The translations under genes and the position numbers were made by a program. From the human T2T-CHM13v2.0 reference genome, Homo sapiens, in assembly GCF_009914755.1 (NCBI RefSeq), contig NC_060926.1: 64,000 bases of DNA; one strand, given 5' to 3'. The notes under the pieces are model-generated. The model was not told the DNA's origin and ran no database searches. It saw only the letters and a program-made list of their open reading frames with translations. How positions within the stretch are numbered: position 1 is the stretch's first letter; every line of letters begins with the position of its first letter. Positions 27,827 through 42,238 of the stretch are shown one piece after another.

Positions 27827-28070
27827 TGAAGAAAACCAAAATATTTCACCCAAAATACATGGTCCAAGCCCCTATTCTTTCTGTAAACCTCAAGATGGTA
27901 TATAAGCTTCTGAATCCCATAGGAGGTTCAGGAGTAATTACTCTGTGGTTCTCTCCCATGCACATTAATAAATTTATAGCCATTTATCCTATTAATCTGC
28001 CTTTTATCAGTTGATTTTTCAGCAAACCTTCAGGGAGTGAAGGGGAATTTTTTTTTTTTTGGCCCCTACA
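27827..28070 (+). mobile_element. ERV1 solo LTR (MER39/MER34-like), internally deleted
   Basis: TGAAGAAAACCAAAATATTTCACCC...TTGGCCCCTACA; TATATAA and AATAAA retained; perfect 4-bp TSD GAGT. Confidence 0.8.
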
Positions 28071-29097
28071 GAGTTCAGAGCAGAGACCTGGAGGGGAGGT
28101 TTAATTTTAGAATCACCAACATATAAAGCCACAAGCCTGGATGAGATCACCAAGGCAGTCAGTGTAGGTGGAGAAGAGAAAAGGCTCTTCAACAAGCAGA
28201 GGTTGGGGAGGTGAGGAGAGTTCAGCAAAGGTCACTAATAAGTAGCAGTGGCTGGAGAGATGGGAAGAGAATCAGACGAGTTTGGGGTCCCGGAAGCCCC
28301 GCAAGGAAATTGTTTCAAGAATTGCTTCAATTAACTATGTCAAATGCTGCTGAAAAGTCTAGTAAGATAAAGACTAAGAATTGATCTGTAATTATGCTCT
28401 GGAGCTTGCTAAACTCTCAAATGCCTCAAGTAGATAAAAAGCCATGAAAAAGCAAACCCAGCAATTGTCTCTCCCTGTACTATTCCAAAATGACATCGAC
28501 AGGATAGATTTGTCTTTATGTAAATAAGGATCCGTTGGCTGGTACCTGGAAATCCCAAAATTTGTTGTCATTCCTTGTTTGAGATGTAGGTTATTGTACT
28601 TGGGCATGCCTGAGGTTGCTTTTCAGATTAAATGGATAATAAATGCAAAGTGTAAGGAACAGGGTCCAGTGTAGTGTAGATGTTGGCGGCGTTAGCTATA
28701 ATTGTAACTCGACAGTATTGAGTCTTGCTTCATTTTTAGCTCTCATTTCAGGCTGTTGCTTAGCAGTGTTCCAAAGATAAGCACTAAGTTTTCTGGAAAT
28801 GATTGAAAGTAATCACAGCATCTTACAGCTGAAAGGACTGTAGAAGTTAATTACTCCATTCTCTTCAGTTGGCAGATAACAGAGATCCAGCAATATTAGA
28901 TGACTTTCTGAAGGTTAGCTACCACATTAGTGGAGGGACTCAGACTAGAGCATGGGTGTCCCAGTGCTGAGTCCTTTAAAATTAGTTATAGTAGAGCTCA
29001 CAATTGGAGAATTGAGCATTCCATGACAAGGGACTTTTTTCAGATGACTGAAGCTTATTCCTTTTAACCACCAAAACTTAATAACAACCATTATCAC

Positions 29098-29380
29098 TTT
29101 TTTTTTTTTTTCCAGACAGGATCTCACTCTGTCTCCCAGGCTGGGATGCAGTGGCATGAACATAGCTCACTGCAGCCTTGACCTCCTGGGCTCAAGCAAT
29201 CCTCCTGCATCAGCCTCCTGTGTAGTTGGGATCACAGGCGTGCACCAGCATGCCCAGCTAATTTTTTTATTTTTTGTTGAGACAGGGTCTCACTTTGTTG
29301 CCCAGGCTTGTCTTGAACTCCTGGGCTCAAGCAATCCTCCCACCTCTGCCTCACAAAGTGCTGGGATTACAGGCATGGCC
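29098..29380 (-). mobile_element. AluJ
   Basis: Reverse Alu; TSD CCATTATCACTTTT. Confidence 0.9.
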
Positions 29381-30996
29381 CATTATCACTTTTGATTAAA
29401 ATCCTCTACTGCTTTTGATTAAAACATGTCTATACAATGAAGTCATTCTAATCTAGAGGGTTTGAAGTCCTCAAAGTCAGTTTTTCTTGTTACTTTCTTT
29501 ACCAGTTGCTTTAAGGTTTGAGCAATCCCTTTGACTTGTAAAGCAAATGACAACTTAATTCGATTGTGTTACAATATTATCAGATTGATCCTTTGATATT
29601 TTTTGAAAAGACAGAAATCCAAGAACAGCAACAAGCATGTGATTCTGCCTCTAAGAGCATCCACGATTTTAAGTATACATTTATTTATATTATACATGCA
29701 TATAGAACTATAAATGTATTATTGTGGAGATCTCAGTGCACAACGCAGACCTGTAACTCATGAAGAAATTAACCTTAAATGAGTCAGTATTACCTTTCCT
29801 TCAGTGTGTCAGAGTACATATGGAGCTTTATATATATATATATTTACTGAAATAATTTTTGTCTCTATAGCATTTTTTCATAGAGAAATTCTGAATCACT
29901 TCATTAAACTCCTAAATACTGCATGAGAAATGAGAGATCAGATATTATTATTCCTATTCTAGAAATACAAAACTAACGTCCCCAAATATTAGATATGCAC
30001 AGGGGACCTATACAAACAGGAACAAAGCCCCTTTCTCTCTTCTGCTTCTCATCAGTCAATCTTTGAGTCTCATCCAAGAGTCTGAATTTAGCCTTCAGTA
30101 TTTTCAGCTGTTCCAGGAATAGACCCTGCCAGAAAACAAAGCCCACTGATTCCTGGTGCTCACAAATCCACCCTCGACTCTTCCCATCACTAGTGACCAC
30201 AGGCTCCGCCTCTGCCTTCTCTAAGGTCATGTGATCTCCGTTGCTACAACAACCGAGAATCCATCACATTTTGCTCTGGGGTAGCTCTTAAGTGTAAATT
30301 GCTAGTCACACTCTATCCAGTCTTACTAGATCAACTGAGCTGTGCACGTCCAGAGAATGGGGGAGCAAGAAACAGGCCAGAAAAAGTTTCCTTCCTTCCC
30401 TATCTCGATTTTGGTGCCTTTGATTAATGATAGATGTTGTTGGATGCTGGGTATGTGGTATGTCCTAAAGGAACAGCTGACATCTGGATAATTACAGGAT
30501 GGTTGGGAGGATTAAAATTAAAGGAAGTAATTATTGTGACGTGCTTAGCAAAGGGCAAAGCATCTTGCTCAAAGGAAATGTTCACTAAATGTTCGTGGTG
30601 TGATTATTAGTATTTGTAGCTTCGTTGGTAAAATGTGGGAAGAGCTAATAATCATAGTTGTGGTTTATTTAATTTATAAATAAATTAAATTTATTTATTA
30701 AATTATACTTACATCTCACGATAAGATTACAAGGTCATTATCATTTTCCTCATTCCACACGTGAGAATGTAGCAGACTTGGGATGTGACAAAGGTTTCTC
30801 TGACTTTACCAAGCTTGTTCATTCATTTATTCATTCACTCGACAAATACTCACCAAGTTCCTGTGTACTAGGCACTGAGCTAGGCAAAGGTGAAAAAGAC
30901 AGACCTGGTCCCTGCTTTCATGAGATTTAGAGTCTAAGGAGGGGTACAGGCAGGTGAAACCCAAATGTCATCACGTTCCAAGGTCAGCCCCCATTC

Positions 30997-31305
<309 letters not shown>

Positions 31306-31834
31306 TGGCCCCCATTCTTGCCCTGACACTTTGAATGCAAACCTTTTAAAATAAATCCACTCATATTAGGCAAATAAGAAAAGCTATTTCACTGAAGAAT
31401 GCATAGGGAAAACCTCAGGAGGTACAGAGTTTACACTCCACAACACATAGCTCTCCTCTCCCCGTAAGCATCTTTGTCCTCTGCATCACCTCAATCCTTA
31501 AACTCCTCACCCCACCCTACTCTACCCTCAGTCTCTCAGCCCAGGTAGAGGCTGCTGGCCCAGGATCGTCCCTTTCACACTATGACTCTCCCCTCTGTAT
31601 GCCAGACCACTTCAGCCTTACATCTGAACTCTTAAAAGGGTCCTCCCATTAGCCAGATACCCCCTCCTTAGAAGATGACCACCGAATTATAAAGAAACTA
31701 TTTTTTCTTCTTGTTCCATAAGCAAACAGGCAGTCCTACTGTGCTGAAAAGACACAAGGAAAGACTTCAAATCTGGACATAGGGCAGCAGGGCAGGTGTC
31801 CTGGAAAAAGTGATATCTAAACTATGCTAGGGAG

Positions 31835-32378
31835 TATAGTTGCCTCCTCAACATCCATTGTTCAACTCTTGGTAACTATTCCAATTTGGTGGTGGAGGCA
31901 GGAGTAGGGGATATGCATACCTTCTACATGACGCCTACCTGCTTTGGGGAGAGGCAATGCCGTGGCTCTTAGCACAAGCCTAAGCTAAATGGTATCATTT
32001 CATACCCCTAGCCATACTTATTGGGTCAGGGGTGAGTAAGGACCTAATCTGGGCAATGAGACTGAAAGAGACGTTTGTGGGAAAGGGGGAGGCAGCATGG
32101 GGGAAGGGGCAGTCTAGGAAAGAAACAATTTCTTTCAAAGAACACAAATAAACAAGAGTGCCGGCGTCACTACCGCTCACCATCTGATCACCACGTGGAC
32201 CACCAGCCTCAGCAGGAAGGCTATGCTGCCCAGCAGAGTAAGAAGCTGAAGAGAAACTGAACTCTTCCTGACCTGGTAGAGCTGCTAAACCAACCCTGGT
32301 AATGTGAGCCTTTCTTATCTAAGGCAGTAGAGCTTCAGCTGACTGTTACTTGCAATCAAATCCAACCTAACTGATACA
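31835..32378 (+). mobile_element. Old MLT1 LTR
   Basis: Ends CTGTTACTTGCAATCAAATCCAACCTAACTGATACA; start approximate. Confidence 0.6.
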
Positions 32379-32607
32379 GAAGGTGAGATCTGATCAACAA
32401 GTGGCCAATAACCTTGAGAAGGGCGTAGGCAAGTCTCAGATCTACAACTTAAAGAAGTTGTCCATTTAAATGAGGCAGTTTGATTTTCAAGAAAATCATA
32501 AAATACAGGACAAGTCCTACATACCCTTAATTACCAGCTAGATAATACAACAAGAAAAGATATCTGATTTATAGTCACACACACCATATCACAAATTTCC
32601 AAACTTA

Positions 32608-32924
<317 letters not shown>

Positions 32925-33142
32925 TAAAATGGCTAGGAACTATGTGATGTGACTTTTAAAAAGAAAACCTTCAAAACTTTGTTAGAACATTTAAAAGATG
33001 ATTCAAGTAAGTGGAGAAATAGAGCCAATTCCAAGATAAAAAGACTTAATAACACTAAAATGTCTATATGACCAATAGAATTAAATTTGAATTAAATTGA
33101 ATTTATAGATTTAATACTATTCTGATCTAAAGCCTAGTAAGT

Positions 33143-33428
33143 ATTTTTTTTTAATGGAGTTTTGCTCTTATCTCCCAAGCTGGAGTGCAATGGCATGATC
33201 TAGGCTCACTGCAACCTCCACCTCCTGGGTTCAAGCAATTCTCCTGCCTCAGCCAGTAGCTGGGATTACAGGCATGTGCCACCAGGCCCAGCTAATTTTT
33301 GTATTTTTAGTAGAGATGGAGTTTTGCCATGTTGGCCAAGCTGGTCTTGAACTCCTGACCTCAAGTGATCTGCCAGCCTTGGCCTCCCAAAGTGCTGGGA
33401 TTACAGGCGTGAGCCACTGTGCCCAGCC
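33143..33428 (-). mobile_element. AluS
   Basis: Reverse Alu; TSD TAAA(G/A)CCTA(G/A)TAAGTATTTTT. Confidence 0.9.
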
Positions 33429-33764
33429 TAAAACCTAATAAGTATTTTTAATTTCACAAAATTATCCTAAAATGTATGTATGAAAATAATAAGAATACCA
33501 TCAACAGGGAGTATAAAAAAGACACAGAAAAGTTTCTACCAATATCAGCCATTAAAACTTGCTATATAATAAAATAAGAATTAAAATAATGCACTAACTA
33601 GATCATAGATTAATGGAACCAAATGAAGAGACTAAAAAGGCCTAATAATTTACAGTAGCATTTTTGTGAAATAAAGTTTAACTATAAATAATTAAATATA
33701 TGTACACACTTAAAATATATCTATCAAAAATAGCTTTTGAAAACAGCAGGAGGGAAGGAAAGTG

Positions 33765-34553
<789 letters not shown>

Positions 34554-34554
34554 A

Positions 34555-35260
34555 GTTTTATTTGATAAGAGGTTTTGGAATTTGTGATAGCAATTTTAAA
34601 AGTAACTAAGTACTTAATATACTCTAGGTGGATTAAGTTAACTTTTTATGTTGAAAAAAAGAACAGAACATTGAATAAAATATTTAGCACATCTGTGAGG
34701 AAGAACTTTTTCTTGAAATTTTATAAGGAATTGTAAAGAAAGAGATAGGTACACACATGTATACATTTTAAACTTCTGTACAATGTAAAAAAGCAAAAAC
34801 AGAAGAAAACAAAATATAAAATATGAAAAATATATATCAAATACGATAGACTATAGGATCATAAATAAAATATACAAGGAGCTTATTCAAATGTATTAGC
34901 TGTATTTCATCATTTTGATAAATGGGCAAAGACTATGAACAAGCAATTCCCCCAAGGAGAAACAGAAACAGTAAATAAACACCTGAGAAAATGTTCAGCC
35001 CTAGGAGTAATCAAAGAAATGCAAATTAAAGCAACCTTGAAATATCATTTGATACCTACTAAACTAGCATTTTGAAAAATGATGGGTTGGCAAGGTGACA
35101 GCGCTATTGGCGCACTCATCCATTTCAGGTGGCACTACAAATTAGTACCACTTTTGAGAAAGCAATATGGCAAGCATGGAGAAACATCCATGCCCTTTGG
35201 CCCAGCAATTCCAGTTCTTGTAATTGGCACTAAGGATAGTAATTCAACCGAAGCAAAGGG
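34555..35260 (+). mobile_element. Old L1 (L1ME-like) fragment
   Basis: AAATGGGCAAAGACTATGAACAAGCAATT...AATCAAAGAAATGCAAATTAAAGCAAC. Confidence 0.65.
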
Positions 35261-35959
35261 ACAGACTCCACACTGTTCTTCAGAGCCTCAGCAATTCAAT
35301 TAAATCCAATTAACATATATTTTACACCTTCCTTCTGCCAAGCAAAGGCAACAGGGAGTCAGAAATTAATAAGACACTGTGTGTGACCTCAGGGGGCTCA
35401 CAGTCTGGCAAAGGAGCCAGGTGGGTAAATACATTACAAAACAGTGCTGTAAGTCCAGCAGTGGAAACATAGATGAGGTCAGAAGAGCTTGATTTTCATG
35501 ATGAGGTGGGTGAGGTAGGTAAGCAGAGAGCTGGCAGAGTTGAGAAAAGATTATGAAGGAGACCATGTAAAACTATGGGGAAAAAGGCACCAAGAATTAA
35601 AATAGCAAACAATTTAACTATATATTCACAGTAGTGTGGGAATATAAATTCCAGAGAAGGTTTGTGAAAAACCAAGATTTGCGGCAGAGTGAAAACAGAG
35701 CTCTATTGCCCTTGTTTGACACCTATAACAGCAAAAAAAGAAACATTCCTAAATGACCAACTTGGAGATATCTCTTTGTGAATTGTGGTACACAGTGGAC
35801 CATAATTCCACTACAAGAATGAAAATTATGAAAATATATGACACTTAAAAATGTTTATGAAATGCAGGCAGGATACCTGGGGGAGAGCAGCTGGTCCTGA
35901 CAGCACTTAGCATTGCTCCAAAATTCACCATTCCTTCTTTGTTATCATCACATTTCTTT

Positions 35960-36160
35960 TATTTAAATGTAATTAACACACTATAAAATTCACACATTGA
36001 AAGCACACAAGTCAGTGGTTTTAATATATTCATGAAGTTGTGAAACTATCACCTCCATCTAATTCCAGAATATTTTCATCAACCCAAAAAGAAATCCATT
36101 ACCAGTCATTCCCCATTCCTTCCAGCCCTTGACAACTACCAACCTACCTCTTGTCTCTAG
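35960..36160 (-). mobile_element. L1M 3' end
   Basis: CTAATTCCAGAATATTTTCATCAACCCAAAAAGAAATCCAT is a reverse L1MB-type 3' UTR motif. Confidence 0.7.
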
Positions 36161-37264
36161 AGAACTGCCTCTTCTTCCCCTTCTCTGCCCTAATCCCTGC
36201 TGTCCTCCTGAGCCTGAGTAAGCAGGGGCCATGCCCTCTCTAATGCCCTGGCCCCGCATAGGGACACTAGCCCTCCCCAGAGTGCAACAGACGGAAGGCC
36301 AGTAAACACCACTCTATTAAAAGTTCAGACATACAAATGGGAATTCAACACTGTCATGCAAAACTAAGGAATCTGCCTTACAGAACACGTAGCTCACTCT
36401 GTGAGACCCAACCCTTCTAATTTAGTCCCTCCCTTCCTGAGGTGAGTACCACCTTAGCACCCACTTCCAGCTTCCCTCCCTGACATTTAGAGCCAAGACC
36501 ACAGGACCGGTGGAACCGGTGTGAGGAGAGAGTGGGGCAGGACCAGGAAGCACCTCTTCCTCTGCTAATGCACGCAAAGGAAGTCTGGTGCTGCCTTTAA
36601 TTTTTCCACTAAGGAACTTGGAGGAGGCATTGTGTGGTGGCTGGGTCTCTGGCTGCTTTCACCAAGCTTATTATCTGTTTTCCTCACCAGACTTATCTCC
36701 TGCAGGACGCTGTTTTGTTCTTTTTCCAGGGACATTAAGCGGAAGTGTAAAAGCTGTGGTTCTCTGTGGAAATGACCACAGATTATTTTCCTTGCAATTT
36801 GTATAGGCCTCCTTTTCCTGACCAGCTAGGGAGGACACTGCACATTTGATGGTGACATTTGACCTTTTTGTTTTATGTGCCATGGTGCATTCTCTCTGGT
36901 AGCCTCAGAAGTTACAAGACCTTACCTCACTCTTCAGGAACAAACTACAGCAATGATTCATCTCTCTGTATTTCCCAGCCTCCTGATAAACTGCTAAGTG
37001 AAGATGGGGAGGAGCCATCACGTCGCGTTGATAGAATAGACACAGAGGGGACTTGGTGATGTATTAGGAGGAGCACTGACCAGAAGTCAGGGTATCTGGG
37101 TTTGGGTTTAACCTCCTTGGTTCTCAGTCCTCTCATGGATGAAGTGAGAGTTGGAATAGAAAGAGGTCACAGCAGGTCCTTCCAGATTTCAGTCCATAGT
37201 TTCTCTACATTAGTAAGGTGAAAATAAGGTCTCACTATTTAGGAGATTCTGGTCTCAGGATCCT

Positions 37265-37495
37265 TGAGGGAAGAGAAAGAAAAGGGAGGGAAAGGGAAAG
37301 GGACAAGAGGAGATGAGAAAGCACAGAAGGGAAGGAAGGGGAGAAGAGTTGGGGGCACAGGAAGAGAAGTGGGGATCCAAGGAGGGAGGGGAGGGAAATG
37401 GAGGGGATAAGAGGAGAAAAAAAGATGGGAAGGAGATGGGAGAGGAGGGGAATAGAGGAAAGGAAACAGAAGTAGGAGGGGCCAGGAGGAGAGAC
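37265..37495. repeat. Purine-rich (G/A) low-complexity tract
   Basis: About 230 bp almost entirely A/G on the + strand. Confidence 0.85.
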
Positions 37496-37521
37496 GAATG
37501 GCAAATTAGTAAGACTTCTTT

Positions 37522-37609
37522 AGAAAGAAGATGGGAAGTTCACAGGTTCTACAGACTGGAGAAAAAATTATAAATAAATAAATAAATAACAAAGAAAGAA
37601 GATGGGAAG
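37522..37609 (+). mobile_element. Orphan micro-retroinsertion: 23-nt body plus A-rich tail between 17-bp TSDs
   Basis: AGAAAGAAGATGGGAAG at 37522-37538 and 37593-37609 flanks TTCACAGGTTCTACAGACTGGAG + AAAAAATTA(TAAA)nTAACAA. Confidence 0.7.
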
Positions 37610-37620
37610 AACAGAACTAA

Positions 37621-37843
<223 letters not shown>

Positions 37844-38494
37844 TAGAACTAACATTTCTGATGTCCTACTAGATGTCAATTCTCAAAATACTTTGAAGGT
37901 AGATAACAATATTGTTCTTTTACCAACAAGGAAATGATTCCCCTTCCCTGCTTCTGAATGAACATTATGTTCTCCCTCAAGTGATTTTGGTGCAGTTGGG
38001 CAGGTTTTAAGATAAGCTGGGCTAAGTGATTTGCTCCAAGTATTAACATTAGTCAATCATGATGCTGAAATTCAGCCTCAGGCCTGTCTAGCCCAGAGAC
38101 CTGTGTTCTTTTCACTCTACTAAGCTGAGAAAAGAAAACACAAAGAAAAGCGAGGAAGGGTTTCATAGTGGATACATCTCCATGCATTTAATCAAAAATA
38201 GGCCAAGAGACTCTCTTAATGAAATCCACCCTCCAAAAAAAAAAAGAGAGAAAAGTAGTCTGAGTTAAGTAAAACCAATTCAGCTCAAGGGAACAGAGTC
38301 GAGATAGTCTCATAGGCATTTCCAGGACAGCCGACCTTTTCCATAATGAACACTGCTCCCTCCACAATGATGCAGCAGTAACTCTCACTGCCTTACTCTT
38401 TAGTATTGATCTAGATTTAACAAGAGCGCCTTGCAACTTATAGTATATTCGCAGTCTTTAAAGCACTTTCACATTCTTGATTCCTTTTGACCTC

Positions 38495-38520
38495 TAATAA
38501 TAATAATAATAATAATAATA
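38495..38520. repeat. (TAA)n microsatellite
   Basis: TAATAATAATAATAATAATAATAATA. Confidence 0.9.
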
Positions 38521-38549
38521 GTATTAATAACTTAGGAACTGAAACAAAG

Positions 38550-38762
38550 ATTTTAGAGTCAGACCTCAGTTTAATCACCACTCTTGCCACTTAGCTCTGC
38601 GACCTTAGGCTGGTTAAGAAGAGCCTCAGTCTTCTCTCCTGTAAGATGGGGATAATAAAAATGCCTACCCCATAGGGTTGTAATGAGTATCCAAAGAGAT
38701 AGAACATGTTAAGTGTTGCCCAGCACATAGTCGTGTTCAAGAAATGTTAAGCACTATTATTT
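38550..38762 (+). mobile_element. MIR SINE
   Basis: GAGCCTCAGTCTTCTCTCCTGTAAGATGGGGATAATAAAAATGCCTACCCCATAGGGTTG. Confidence 0.8.
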
Positions 38763-39186
38763 ATATATATATAAAAAACACATATATGTCAGAAAAATTA
38801 TCTGACATTTGAAAATAGGCAGAAAATATTACTGATTATTGGGTCTTCTTTCAGTGCAGTATTGAGCTTAATTTTCTACTGACTTTACACTCCATAGGTG
38901 CAGAGGTTAACTTAAAAATTTTTGTCTGGTAAAGATGCAAATAGTTTCTGTGCAATAGAGCCAATAAGCACAAAGATTAGTTTACTGTCCTGTTGGACAC
39001 CAACCAGTTTTAACTCATCAATCTTATAATATTTTTAAATTAAATTTTACACACACATAATCTCAAATGCTTTTTGAATCAGTTTTAACATCTTAACGTT
39101 CACCTCAATAAATACATTCTTTGACAGGTATTCATATTCTATTTTCCTGAGAGAGATGATTTTACCCTTTTGAAAATTACACTTAA

Positions 39187-39598
39187 TAACATGGAACCAA
39201 CCTAAATGCCCATCAGTGATAGACTGGATGAAGAAAATGTGGTACATATACACCATGGAATACTATGCACGCATAAGAAGGAATGAGATCATGTCCTTTG
39301 CAGGGACGTGGATGAAGCTGGAAGCCATCATCCTCAGCAAACTAACACAGGAACAGGAAACCAAACACTATATGTTCTCACTCATAAGTGGGAGTTGAAC
39401 ATTGAGAACATATGGACACAGGGAGGGGAATAACACACACCAGGGCCTGTTGGGTGGGGGGTGAGGGGAGGGAACTTAGAGGTCCATAGGTGCAGCAAAC
39501 CACCATGGCACACGTATACCTATGTAACAAACCTGCACGTTCTGCACGTGTATCCCTTTTTTTTTTTTTAAAGAAATAAAGAAAAAAAATAAAGAAAA
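39187..39598 (+). mobile_element. 5'-truncated L1PA (L1PA12-like) 3' end
   Basis: Encodes the L1 ORF2p C-terminus (DWMKKMWYIYTMEYY..EIMSFAGTWMKLEAIILSKL); 3' UTR and A-tail present; perfect 15-bp TSD GAAAATTACACTTAA (39172-39186, 39599-39613). Confidence 0.93.
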
Positions 39599-40639
39599 GA
39601 AAATTACACTTAACATTAGACAGCTAATATGGGTAGGCCTGCCCCATTTAGTAGAGGGACTGAAACACAAAGAGATTTTTGACTTGTCGACAGCTAGAAG
39701 CAGAATTCAGTTATTTCAAATTCTAGTCCGATATCTTTGTTCTATTTTATGCCTCTGACCAAACAATATCCAAAAATACAATAACAACAATAAAGAATGT
39801 AATCCGGAAGGATATAAGGCAGTACTCTTCTGGCAGGCTTGAACAGTTTCCAGGCTGTCTTCACAGCCATCATTCAAAGAGGAATGTGAGAAACATCATT
39901 TGAAGCTGATTTCCAAATGTTGTGCTTCTCTAAATGCATTTTTCAAACCCTTAGAGGAAAAGGGGGCCCTCTTTAAAAACAGCAATGATCTAAAAAACGG
40001 GTGAGGTAGGGAATCTGGTAGTTCACTAACGTGGTTAATAGGAAATCAAAACTATTCTATGTAAAATCAATTAAATCCATTAATACATTGATTAGGTAGA
40101 TGGAAACTGAGTTACATCTACCTTAGAATTTAAGCAGACCAGGGTCTCTAAAAACTTGATATTCTCTTTTCTTGGCATGAGAGGAAAGTAAGGTTTCAGA
40201 ATTGAAAGAGTAATTAAGAGGGAGCCCTGTGTCCAGGGACTGAACTCACTGTTATGCTCTGGATGGGACATATGCTCAGAGCCCAGTGGCCCAAGCTGTT
40301 GTAGAAGACGGCAGAAGCAGCCAGGAGAGCTCTGAGCCCACCACGCACATGGAGGATGGAACCGGTGTTAGTTTAAAGTAAGCAGTGCCCGAATCATGTG
40401 ACAGGAGCCACCTTTACACTTATAATCACTGCAGGCTTATGAAAATCATAACATAAATGAAAGGTTTTTTGTATTGAAAAAGTTCCACCCACATTGTGCC
40501 TTGGCCCCTCATTTTTTAAATACTTTCATCTCTAAATTCCCCGGGTTTCCTCCGGCGTCTCCAGCTGCTCCTCTGCTGATTGCTCGTCCACGATTCCTCA
40601 ATGTCTGAGTGTCTGATTCAGACATTTCTTGGCCCTGTC

Positions 40640-41255
40640 TTTTTCCCTACTATCTGGTTTAAATGTCATCCATATGCTGATGTTTCCTAAATTTTATCTG
40701 CAGCCTCAACCTCTTGCCTGAACTCAGAACTAATATATCCAGTTGCATATGTAAAATCTTCTCTTGAATGTCAAAGATCAACTTAATATGTTCAAAACAG
40801 AATTTGTGATTTTGTTCCCTCCCTCCACACTCTTATCCCTGCAAAGGCCAAGTTCTACCTTAGGGCCTTTGCACAGTCTCTGGGCCTGGAACACTCTTCC
40901 ACCAGTCATTTCATGGACAGCTCCCCTTGGTCATTCAGATCTCAGTTCAAACATCACTTCCTCCTTAGCTGTCCCTGGCCCCCATCAGAAGTGGCCCATT
41001 CCTTTCCCACGGCCACCACCAGTTATTCTGGTAATTATGCACATAAACTGGAAATTTCTCCATAACCTCATATTTATCACAATATGGAATTCTGTGGATT
41101 AGGTGTTTACTTATTTATTGTTAATCTCCCTGCCCTTCCCCCACAGCTCTACCCCCCAATGCATAGAAAATGAGCCTCGAGGGAACTGGGACTCATCTGT
41201 CTTAGTCATTGCTGTTTCTCCAACACACAGGCACTCAGCAGATTTTTACTGAGTG
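40640..41255 (+). mobile_element. L2 LINE 3' region
   Basis: CCTTAGGGCCTTTGCACAG..GCCTGGAACACTCTTCC..CATTCAGATCTCAGTTCAAACATCACTTCCTC. Confidence 0.7.
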
Positions 41256-42238
41256 CATATTTGCATATGTGAATGCATCTCTGGGGGTCTGTTTTCCTAC
41301 AAAACCTGAGGGTAATTATCACAGAAAGCATGCATGGTAACTGGGAAGGATGAACATACTAATTCCAGCATGACCTTGAATTTTTAAATTGATTTGGAGA
41401 ATAGTAAATGCCATTGGGATGCCAAAGAGAGCAAGAGATGTTGGTGCAGGGGAAGGGTGTTGTAAACAAAGAGAGGAATGCAAACAATAATCCCTAAATG
41501 TCCAGAAAAACTTTGGGAGACTGATGAGGAGGAATCATTTTATTTTTATTTTGCCAAGGAAGGATATTATGGAGAAATTTTATCATCTACTGTCACATCA
41601 CCATCATGTCATAAAATAAAGGACATTTAACTTCCAAAAAGTAGAAAAGATATAAACTTCGTTTTTCAAAAAAATTGAATAAACTGTGCTTTAGGAAAAC
41701 TCCCTATATTGACTTATTTCTCTCATTGCAGCACAGTCCTTTGGAAACATTGTCCTAACACTGTCAGGAACCACTGACTTAAGTGACTGACTCTAGTCGA
41801 GGAGCAATCACTGGCAACTATCCTAAGTCTTTGCTTCTCAATATGTCTATGGACAATTAAAGCTCTCTGATAAATATTCACTACTAGGGTATTGTAACGT
41901 TTAGATGACCTCAGAAACCTGGCATTGAGATGTTACTTAGAATTTTCTCCCTATCTCAACCAAGTATAAGGCCAGGCCTACAAATAAAAAGGTGTTTTAA
42001 GTGAATAAATGTTTTTGTGTGTGTGTGTGTGTAAAGTGTATGTGTATGATGCCTTAAGGAAGAAACTGACACATCAACAGAGTTTTAAAATGTTTAAAAG
42101 ACCAGTAGTACCAACTGAAACTAATGGCCAAGACATCTAGTATCATGGTTACGTTACATAGAACACAATGTAGAATTTCCTTTCGTTTTACTGTAAATTG
42201 CTTTAAAAATACGTATTTTTAAAAGTGTAAGATAAAAA

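Noticed and set aside
39216-39398. 60-aa ORF with real protein similarity
   Set aside because: It is the C-terminal fragment of L1 ORF2p in a truncated L1PA, not a host gene
40540-40600. Small CpG cluster as a CpG island promoter
   Set aside because: About 60 bp, far below island length; no CpG island exists outside repeats in this window
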